Assembly (NCBI GenBank): GCA_964369685.1
Contig: CAYJFB010000003.1
Coordinates: 13,549-77,548, forward strand
Source of the DNA: an uncultured Desulfovibrionaceae bacterium
Lineage (GTDB): Bacteria; Desulfobacterota; Desulfovibrionia; Desulfovibrionales; Desulfovibrionaceae
Direction of reading: 5' to 3'
Length of the DNA: 64,000 nucleotides
The stretch's first letter is position 1. The number at the start of each line of letters is the position of its first letter. The position numbers and the translations under genes were made by a program. Positions 19,101-25,751 of this stretch are shown here, in pieces. Below the pieces are notes generated by a model that saw nothing but the letters and a program-made list of their open reading frames with translations, ran no database searches and was not told the origin of the DNA.

Positions 19101-20255
19101 GAGCAGATAGGCACCGGCACCGCAAATAACAAGATATCGTACGGCGGCACGGCGTGCGGCGTGGGTTTGTTCCCACGCAATGAGCAAACACGACGCCCAG
19201 CTCATGATTTCCCAAGCTGTGGCAAGAGCGCCTGCATTGCCAAAGGCAAAGACCTTGTAAACCGCCGCAAAGGTGAGTAATAAGAAGGCGTTGTAGAGAG
19301 GTTTGCGTTTTCCGTGGATATAGCCGAAAGAATAAACAGAGACCAAAACGGCAAAACCCACGGCAATGAGTCCGAAAAGGCGTACTTCAGGGGAAACGGT
19401 TGTGAAGCAGAAAGCAATAAAGGCTATAATCGTTGCACAAATGGGAAATAAGTCCCATAAGGGGGCGATATCTAAAAGGCGTCCGCTTGCCACGTGGATT
19501 AAAAGGAGCAAACCGCTGAAATGAAGGATTGTATATGTCCAAGAGAATTCATAGCCAAACATGTTGGGCAATTCAGCGAGACTGCTGCCGAAGTGATTTG
19601 CTGCAAGATCCGCCAGTGTCGTCGAGGCAAAACCCATGCCGACGAGGATAAGCGCCAGTAAGGTCAAGAAGGTTGATCGACAGCAATATGACGGTGCGTT
19701 AAAGGTTAAGACGCCGAGTGGTGTGGCGTCGTTTTTTTGTTCTTTTATTTTGTTGAAGCAGAGGTTCATCACGGCTTCAACAGTCAACCATAAACTTATG
19801 GTGCAAGGAATGGCTGTCAGTGCGGCAATCAAGATATTTTGATTGGCGAGAGCATAGAGAGCAAAAAGACGACCTTCCGGTGTTCCGAATGGAGAGACGC
19901 CAAGAGCCGCCACCAAGGCAAAAACCAAAAGGCTTGTTGTCCAAGGGGCTGTAGTGATTGTGCCTTGGAGGGACACGAAGGTGTCTTTATAGCCAGATGT
20001 GGGACAGCCGTTTTTTGAGAGGAGACTTTGCAGTGCCAACCAAGCGAGCAAGCGGGCGGGGAGGGCGTAGACGGCCGTCAATAGCGCACCGACGCCGCCA
20101 CCGAGGGTCTGTGCGCCGAGTGCACAGAAAACAAGTCCGAGATCGACAAGACTTCCCCAAAGGATAAGACGACCGAGACGACCGCGGGTATGAACCAAAA
20201 AATACGTTCCACAGCCCAATAAAAGTAATCCCACAAGAGTGGCAAACGTGTTCAT
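16182..20255 (-). CDS. cooM: Very large NuoL/HyfB-type antiporter-like membrane subunit (CooM), with two antiporter-like modules in one polypeptide
   Basis: 1357 aa and highly hydrophobic. Antiporter-module motifs occur twice (AIMKDLLFLGAGA and HMLFKDLLFLTAGA; PLHSWLP). It is the first gene of the cluster. Confidence 0.85.
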   Translation of the reverse strand: MNTFATLVGLLLLGCGTYFLVHTRGRLGRLILWGSLVDLGLVFCALGAQTLGGGVGALLTAVYALPARLLAWLALQSLLSKNGCPTSGYKDTFVSLQGTITTAPWTTSLLVFALVAALGVSPFGTPEGRLFALYALANQNILIAALTAIPCTISLWLTVEAVMNLCFNKIKEQKNDATPLGVLTFNAPSYCCRSTFLTLLALILVGMGFASTTLADLAANHFGSSLAELPNMFGYEFSWTYTILHFSGLLLLIHVASGRLLDIAPLWDLFPICATIIAFIAFCFTTVSPEVRLFGLIAVGFAVLVSVYSFGYIHGKRKPLYNAFLLLTFAAVYKVFAFGNAGALATAWEIMSWASCLLIAWEQTHAARRAAVRYLVICGAGAYLLIPALFALAGPTLSLHSAVSFTATLSPSLIGGALLLAVIGFAAKAGLVPLHSWLPTAHPEAPSPISAPLSGVLTKTGLFGIFLVMYIMLGSDALMTVGTGPSGLSFFGGLLVAVGIVTMMYGEWMALKQDDIKRMLAYSTIGQIGEIVAVLGLGTWLALTSSLLHVLNHAIMKDLLFLGAGALILRAGSRTLSDMAGIVRFMPITTTCMAIGLVSIMGLPPLNGFVGKYLMIVACIQAGHSLLAVALLIASLIGAMYYMRILRTILFDAPSAALLQHMQQNNVQGNTKNYNETPLSLCIPLVILAALCLILGLVPQLGLSLVTPVTNMLVEAGRLAAGTVPDLHVGWELPILLPMAGAILPFLHRNNPKRAAQATATVLVFTAAALPFFNGQLDTLSFTLALSIPLMGALNMLYARGYMSHSHKQWRFYIFFLFMSSGLLGVATSQNIFGFFTFWEIMSSWALYFVIAHEETREAVQDAFKYFLFNIAGAACLFLGIGILVGIGGASKLDTIRQTLLSMDPIWSTTVMGLLATGFVLKAAQLCLRIDWQMHPNFAPTPVSGYISSVLLKIAVFGLAKLFLIFGSLELLTQGDPLHQGTVMYLVAWAGALTLITAALKAMVQEKIKMIFIWSTVSQIGYMVLGVALGTSLGVAGGLVHLFSHMLFKDLLFLTAGAVMFASGREYLRDLGGLGRTMPVTMSCFAIAALAAAAIPPTNGFLPKWMIYQALMEQGEILLALISLAGSAITLAYLARALHVIFLGHPNPTIQVHQTSEGRELPKSMLIPMVILASLTLFLGFFPGLLLSPVNSILSETGLNPLDISLVGITSGSGTWNALAVGSMAVLAFGGAAWFLRSLMQAVRVRHTAPHSCGVDIQEAFGHRLPPENIFQAFTALLRMEKHYGLQPFLMATQKNINALLDICKACNTNIINAYNTLTQRILAPFWLECFTVSETHSTCTPEPCGEHVNSNKEQGA

Positions 20256-20311
20256 ATATCCTCCCGAGATGATACAGTCTCGTTTTTTGTTTTTTTTATC
20301 ACAAGCTTATG

Positions 20312-20968
20312 TCAGTCGTCAACAGAGAGTTGAAACGGTTCAATGGCGCCCCCTGTACAGAGGCGTTGTAAAACGAGGCTCAGAGGCAGTCCCACAACAT
20401 TACTCCATGAGCCTTCGATGTGTGCAACGAGAAACGCGCCATGTCCTTGTATGGCGTAGGATCCTGCTTTATCTTTGGGCTCTTCGGATGCAGCATAGTT
20501 TTGTAATATGGTATCCGACCATGCAGCGAAGGTTACAGCCGTTTGTTCTACAAACAATTCTGCTTGTGTTTTTTGTGTGTTTTGCCAAAGAATACAACAG
20601 CCTGTAAGAACATGGTGTGTTTTTCCCGAAAGTTGTTTCAGCATTTGGAAAGCGTCTGTCATCGAAGTGGGTTTTCCGAGAATGAGGGGGTTGTTCTGGT
20701 TTTGTTGGGGTAAGCAAACGATAGTGTCTGCAGCAAGAATTACGGCTTGAGGGTATTTGGGGGCAACCGCAAGTGCCTTGGCTTGTGCGGAGCGCATGAC
20801 ATAGGCTTCCGGAGCTTCTTGTGGTTGGGGGCGCGGCTCGCTAAAGGGATTTGTGTCATCGGCGTTTTCAGGTATGCTGACAAGCGCGTCAAGTCCGGAA
20901 CTTGCCATAAGTTCTTTTCTGCGTGGTGAGCCGGAGGCCAAAACGAGTTGGCGGCAAGCGCGAAACAT
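20312..20968 (-). CDS. maf: Maf-family nucleoside triphosphate pyrophosphatase
   Basis: LVLASGSPRRKELM is present. The ATG at 20968 is preceded by AGGAGAA. Confidence 0.88.
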   Translation of the reverse strand: MFRACRQLVLASGSPRRKELMASSGLDALVSIPENADDTNPFSEPRPQPQEAPEAYVMRSAQAKALAVAPKYPQAVILAADTIVCLPQQNQNNPLILGKPTSMTDAFQMLKQLSGKTHHVLTGCCILWQNTQKTQAELFVEQTAVTFAAWSDTILQNYAASEEPKDKAGSYAIQGHGAFLVAHIEGSWSNVVGLPLSLVLQRLCTGGAIEPFQLSVDD

Positions 20969-21138
20969 GAGATATTTTCTCCTGTACAACACAATAACTT
21001 TGCGTTACCGACTGTATGATGTTTTGTTGTTTGTTATTTTTTCTTCTGTTATAATGATATATTGTGTTATTGTGTCTATGTATAAATATATGTATTTGAG
21101 TATATCCGTATTTTCTTTTTCTTGCAAGGAGTGTCTTT

Positions 21139-22164
21139 ATGGCATCCGATTTACAGACGAAAAAATCTCGTATTCGTGGCGGTTCATTGACAAAAGGCCC
21201 TGAAGTCAACGCATTGCTTGATGTTCTTTCACGGGATGATGATTGGTTGATTTTAATTAATGCCGATCCCGATGCCATGGGTGCGGCGTTGGCGTTGCGT
21301 CGAATTATTTCTCGTCGAGTTGGCGAGGTGGCCATTGCTGCCATCAATAATATTAGTCGACCTGACAATATGGCCATGGTTCGTTATTTGAACATTCCGC
21401 TTATTCCTTGGGATTCTTCGTTGCGCGGTCTTTTTTCACGGTTTGCTTTGGTTGACTCTCAGCCGCACCATAACGTGTTGTTTGCCGACATGCCGTTTAC
21501 GATTGTCATCGATCACCATCCGTTGGTTGTCGAGCATCCTACCAAGGCCGATTTTTGTGATATTCGTCCTGAACGGGGTTCGACGTGTTCGATATTGTTT
21601 GAGTATTTGTATCAATTACACATTCGTCCGGGGATCCATTTGGCAACGGCTTTGCAATATGGCATTCGTACCGACACACAGGCGTTTACGCGCAACACAA
21701 CCTTGGCTGACATGCGTGCATATCAAAAATTGGCACGGTATGCGGACAGTTCGTTGTTACAGCGGATTATGCGCAGTGAGTATTTGCCCAGTTGGTTGCC
21801 GTATTTTAGTCGTGCTTTTAGTGGCTTACAGATGCGCAATAAAGGGGGCTTGGCGTTTTTGGGAGAGGTGGAAAGTCCTGATCTTTTGGTTGTTGTTGCT
21901 GATTTTTTTTCTCGCGTGCATGGTATTTCGTGGATTGCCGTTGCGGGGATTCATAACGAGACGGTGGTGTGTGTTTTTCGTGGTGACGGGCATCGGGATA
22001 TTGGGCTTTTTGCGGCGTCATGTTTTGACGATTTGGGCACGGCGGGCGGACATCGTTCTATGGCGCGGGCAGAATTTCCGTTGGTTGCGGTTGGCAAGCG
22101 TCATATTGAAGCGGTGTTACAGCAGCGATTGTTTGGTAACAAAGCGCATGGCGTTTTGTCGTGA
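21139..22164 (+). CDS. DHH/DHHA1 phosphoesterase (NrnA-like)
   Basis: NADPDAMG, VIDHHP, RGSTCSI and GTAGGHRSMA (a GGGH-like DHHA1 motif) are present. Confidence 0.8.
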   Translation: MASDLQTKKSRIRGGSLTKGPEVNALLDVLSRDDDWLILINADPDAMGAALALRRIISRRVGEVAIAAINNISRPDNMAMVRYLNIPLIPWDSSLRGLFSRFALVDSQPHHNVLFADMPFTIVIDHHPLVVEHPTKADFCDIRPERGSTCSILFEYLYQLHIRPGIHLATALQYGIRTDTQAFTRNTTLADMRAYQKLARYADSSLLQRIMRSEYLPSWLPYFSRAFSGLQMRNKGGLAFLGEVESPDLLVVVADFFSRVHGISWIAVAGIHNETVVCVFRGDGHRDIGLFAASCFDDLGTAGGHRSMARAEFPLVAVGKRHIEAVLQQRLFGNKAHGVLS

Positions 22165-22272
22165 GGGGTGTTTTTTTGTCGGGCGTGGATTTCCCCCTTT
22201 ACAGAACAAAAGAAAATACATATACTTGAACACCCTTTAAAGGGAAAGAACGCTTATTCTGAGGAGAAAATC

Positions 22273-22383
22273 ATGGCTCATAAAAAAATTGAACGCAAAA
22301 AAGAACTTGATCGTCGTCGGCATCGTCGTGCTCAACGTTTGAAAGAACGTATTCGTGAAGCTAAGGCTGCCGCAAAAAAATAA
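22273..22383 (+). CDS. 36-aa highly basic small protein (predicted)
   Basis: MAHKKIERKKELDRRRHRRAQRLKERIREAKAAAKK. GAGGAGAAAATC lies directly upstream of the ATG. Confidence 0.5.
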   Translation: MAHKKIERKKELDRRRHRRAQRLKERIREAKAAAKK

Positions 22384-22588
22384 AGATAAACAGTATGTTG
22401 TGTCGAGCTTGGTTGCAGTGACGGCTTTGGTGTATTGTGTTTTTATTAAGCTTGGTGCAGGATATATATCCTTGTGTTTCATTGCATAAAATAACATCCT
22501 TAAAATGTATAAGGCTATAAACAGAATTTTTTCGTATGTTATAGCTGTACAATGATGGGAGCTGTTTTTGTGATAAAATACGAGATTT

Positions 22589-22628
22589 CAGGGCAATGCT
22601 TGAGCGTTGCCCTGTGTTCTTTTTGTTG
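22589..22628 (+). promoter_or_regulatory. Terminator-like hairpin plus T-rich tail in the putative 5-prime leader of the FmdB-like gene
   Basis: CAGGGCAA-N10-TTGCCCTG is followed by TGTTCTTTTTGTTG. It lies ~10 nt downstream of an extended -10 (TGATAAAAT, 22571-22579) and ~50 nt upstream of the ATG at 22679. Confidence 0.4.
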
Positions 22629-22678
22629 CGGCGTGTTGTTTCGAGGAATATTTGTTTTTGTGTGTGGAGTTTTTTATT

Positions 22679-23071
22679 ATGCCGATATATGAATATTGTT
22701 GTGCAGGATGCAATACAACTTTCGAGGAATGGGTAAAGTCGTTTGACAGTGCGCCGACAGTGCCTTGTGTGGAGTGTGGTGCCGAGGCGATACGGATTGT
22801 TTCCAATACATCTTTTATGTTGAAAGGTGGCGGTTGGTATGTGACTGAATATGCGGGGCGGAAATCGCACGGTAAAGAAACAGCTGCCGAAACATCTGTC
22901 AATAAACAGCCCGAGGTCGCTTCGACATCGACGCAAGAAACCAAAGGTGTGTCTGAAGCAACGACTGCCGCGTCCTCTGAAAAAGCAGTGAGTAATGCTG
23001 CCACTGCACCTTCTGCCGCATCTTCTGCTTCTGCGGCTTCGTCGTCAACCTCGGTCGCTGCGACGGCCTAA
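22679..23071 (+). CDS. FmdB-family zinc-ribbon protein with a low-complexity Ala/Ser/Thr tail
   Basis: MPIYEYCCAGCNTTFE...VPCVECG is the CxxC...CxxC signature of the FmdB family. Confidence 0.8.
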   Translation: MPIYEYCCAGCNTTFEEWVKSFDSAPTVPCVECGAEAIRIVSNTSFMLKGGGWYVTEYAGRKSHGKETAAETSVNKQPEVASTSTQETKGVSEATTAASSEKAVSNAATAPSAASSASAASSSTSVAATA

Positions 23072-23095
23072 TTTTGCCTTTGTGTAGGAGTTGTG

Positions 23096-24388
23096 ATGAT
23101 AGATCGTTATACGCGTCCCGAAATGGGTGCCATCTGGACATTGGAAAATCGGTATGCCAATTGGCTCAAAGTTGAGTTGGCTGTATGTCGTGCATGGAAT
23201 AAGTTGGGTGTTATTGACGACAGCAGTTTGGCGGTGATTCTTGAGAAGGCCGCTTTTGATGTGGATCGTATTTTGGAAATTGAAGAAGTGACGCGTCATG
23301 ATGTCATTGCTTTTTTGACGGCCGTTGAAGAAAACGTGGGAGCTGATGCGCGTTTTATCCATTTGGGATGCACGTCTTCCGATATTGTCGATACGGCGGG
23401 CAATTTGCAACTTGTGGAAGCGGGTGAGCTGTTACTCAAGGATTTTGAACGCGTAATCAGTGTGTTGAAAACGATGATCAACGCGTGGCGCGGACAGCTT
23501 TGTATGGGCCGCACTCACGGTATCCATGCCGAACCGACGAGCTTTGCTTTAAAGCTTGCCGGTTTTTATGCAGAATTTGAGCGCAATCATGAGCGTTTTA
23601 AAGCCGCGTTGGAAGATGTGCGTGTCGGCAAAATTTCCGGTGCTGTGGGCACGTATGCGTTTCTTTCTCCTGAACTTGAGGCGATGACGTGTGCGGAACT
23701 CGGTTTGCGTCCCGATCCCATTTCAACGCAGATTATTCAACGTGATCGTCATGCGCATTTCTTTACGACGTTGGCCGTGGCTGCAGGCAGTATAGAACGA
23801 ATTTGTGTTGAATTGCGTCATTTGCAACGTACGGAAGTGTTGGAAGTAGAAGAAGGATTTGGTAAGGGGCAAAAAGGCTCTTCGGCCATGCCGCATAAGA
23901 AAAATCCTATTTCGGCTGAGAACCTTTCGGGTCTGGCGCGGCTTGTGCGCACGAATGCTCTTGCGGCCATGGAAAATCAAGCGCTCTGGCATGAACGTGA
24001 TATCAGTCATTCTTCGGTAGAGCGCGTGATTATGCCTGATTCGACCATCTTAATGGACTATGCACTCAATCGCTTGGCAAATATTTTGGAAGGTTTGCGT
24101 GTTATTCCTGAAAATATGGAGCGTAACCTGCATGCGTCTTGTGATTTGTTCTATAGTCAACGGGTTTTAACTGCGTTGATCAATACGGGCATGCCGCGTC
24201 AAGAGGCGTATGTTGCCGTTCAGAAAAACGCGATGCAAAGCTGGGAACAACGTAGACCTTTCCCCGATTTGGTGCGCGCAGACCTAAGTATTACCGAACG
24301 CCTTGATGCCGCAGCGCTTGACGCGCTTTTTGATTGCGCTTCCTACCTCGCCCATGAAAATATGATTCTTGATCGTGTTTTGAAATAA
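23096..24388 (+). CDS. purB: Adenylosuccinate lyase
   Basis: MIDRYTRPEMGAIW..., GSSAMPHKKNP and a length of ~430 aa. A GTG at 23093 is an alternative start. Confidence 0.93.
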   Translation: MIDRYTRPEMGAIWTLENRYANWLKVELAVCRAWNKLGVIDDSSLAVILEKAAFDVDRILEIEEVTRHDVIAFLTAVEENVGADARFIHLGCTSSDIVDTAGNLQLVEAGELLLKDFERVISVLKTMINAWRGQLCMGRTHGIHAEPTSFALKLAGFYAEFERNHERFKAALEDVRVGKISGAVGTYAFLSPELEAMTCAELGLRPDPISTQIIQRDRHAHFFTTLAVAAGSIERICVELRHLQRTEVLEVEEGFGKGQKGSSAMPHKKNPISAENLSGLARLVRTNALAAMENQALWHERDISHSSVERVIMPDSTILMDYALNRLANILEGLRVIPENMERNLHASCDLFYSQRVLTALINTGMPRQEAYVAVQKNAMQSWEQRRPFPDLVRADLSITERLDAAALDALFDCASYLAHENMILDRVLK

Positions 24389-24518
24389 TTTTTTCTTTTT
24401 TTTCTGGGGGAGCTATGCTCCCCCAGACCCCCTTGTTGCCGCAAAAGATACAGAGGCGGGCGGACAACGGCACTGCTGCGCATTGCTCGTCGTCCGCCCG
24501 CCTCTGTATCTTTTGCGG
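24389..24518 (+). repeat. Stop-codon-proximal composite repeat, archetype copy B
   Basis: A T/C tract spans 24389-24403. A perfect hairpin CTGGGGGAGC-TAT-GCTCCCCCAG spans 24404-24426. ACCCCCTTGTT lies at 24427-24437. The 27-bp perfect arms 24439-24465 and 24492-24518 enclose a 26-nt loop. Confidence 0.75.
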
Positions 24519-24706
24519 AGCAATCGGTACTGATGCCTTGACGCTGGGCGTTTATTGTTTGCATAGTTGTTTTGTCGTTTTCTTTTTTTTGTCGTTGGGT
24601 GAATGAGCTTTGTTTTTAAAAATTAAGTTGCTTGATTTTCGGTTTTTGAAGGGGTATAAAGACCTGAATAGGAAACTGGAAGAGGTATTACCTCAAGGAG
24701 CCTTGC

Positions 24707-25702
24707 ATGGAGTTGACAGGTACACAAAGGACGGCGGTGCTGTTGCTTGCTTTGGGTGATAAGTTCACCACAGAAGTCTTTAAGCGTCTTGATCGAAAAG
24801 AGATCGCGGCGATCTCTCGTGCTGTTGTTGAATTGGATACGATTCCCAAGGAAACTGTAGAAGACGTTTTGCGTCAATTTCATCAGAATCTTTTGGAAGG
24901 TCAAGATATGATTGCAGGCGGTCAAGATAGTCTGAAGCGTATGCTTATGAAGAATCTTGACGGCGAAACAGCAAAATATATCATGGATGTTCTCAACTTA
25001 GAGACAGGGCCGACACCTTTTCGTGAATTGGAACGTGTCAGTCCTCGCTTGCTCTCGCAGATGTTGCGTAATGAACATCCCCAGACTTTGGCACTCATTT
25101 TGGGGCATCTTAATTCTGAACAAGCCGCCAGTTTGTTGACGATGTTACCTGCAGGGGTGCGAGCTGAAGTCTTGACACGTTTGGCTCGTCTTGAAGCGGT
25201 TCCTGTGGATATGGTTATGGAAGTTGATCGTGTGTTGCAAAGCCAATTGATTGCCATGGGTGGTAAAGAAGGTAAAAAAGTTGGTGGTGTGCAATCTGTT
25301 GCTGAAATTCTTAATACCGTGGATCGGGCGACAGAAGAAGAAGTGCTTTCTGAAATTGAAGAAGAATCGGCACAAATGGCTGAAGATATTCGGAATCTTA
25401 TGTTTGTCTTTGAAGACATTAAAGCCCTCGACGATCGTAGCGTGCGTGAACTGCTTAAAGAAGTCACCAACGAAGATCTTACCTTGGCCTTGCGCGGTGC
25501 TTCTGATGATCTCAAAGTGTCCTTCTTTAAGAATATGTCTGAACGTGCGGCAAGTATGGTGCGTGATGAGCTTGAATTCATGGGGCCGACAAAGCTTGCC
25601 GACGTGGAAACCTCACAGCAAACGATTGTCAAAATCGTGCGCCGCTTGGAAGGCGAAGGCAAAATTACTATCAGCCGCGGTGGTTCAGACGATTTTGTTT
25701 GA
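24707..25702 (+). CDS. fliG: Flagellar motor switch protein FliG
   Basis: 331 aa. An AAGGAG SD is present. MLRNEHPQTLALIL and MFVFEDI are typical of FliG. Confidence 0.93.
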   Translation: MELTGTQRTAVLLLALGDKFTTEVFKRLDRKEIAAISRAVVELDTIPKETVEDVLRQFHQNLLEGQDMIAGGQDSLKRMLMKNLDGETAKYIMDVLNLETGPTPFRELERVSPRLLSQMLRNEHPQTLALILGHLNSEQAASLLTMLPAGVRAEVLTRLARLEAVPVDMVMEVDRVLQSQLIAMGGKEGKKVGGVQSVAEILNTVDRATEEEVLSEIEEESAQMAEDIRNLMFVFEDIKALDDRSVRELLKEVTNEDLTLALRGASDDLKVSFFKNMSERAASMVRDELEFMGPTKLADVETSQQTIVKIVRRLEGEGKITISRGGSDDFV

Positions 25703-25751
25703 TAACATTCGGACAGTTTTTGTCTGAAAAGAGTATAAAAACGAGCATTTT

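Noticed and set aside
21443-22240. A 265-aa plus-strand ORF in an alternative frame of the DHH phosphoesterase gene.
   Set aside because: It overlaps a gene with clear DHH/DHHA1 motifs in another frame. Its own translation is Cys/Arg/Leu-rich with no motifs.
24389-24426. Interpreting the T-tract plus G5/C5 hairpins as ordinary rho-independent terminators, for either the sense gene or antisense transcription.
   Set aside because: The T-tract is 5-prime of the hairpin on the coding strand, so the opposite strand reads hairpin followed by an A-tract. Neither orientation gives the hairpin-plus-U-tail of a canonical terminator. Canonical terminators in this window look different.
24415-24606. A 63-aa ORF starting at the ATG in the loop of the G5/C5 hairpin of repeat copy B.
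   Set aside because: The ATG lies only 2 nt after the GGAG-like run and inside a hairpin loop. The homologous position in copy A reads TAA. The translation is low-complexity and Cys-rich and is not conserved between copies.
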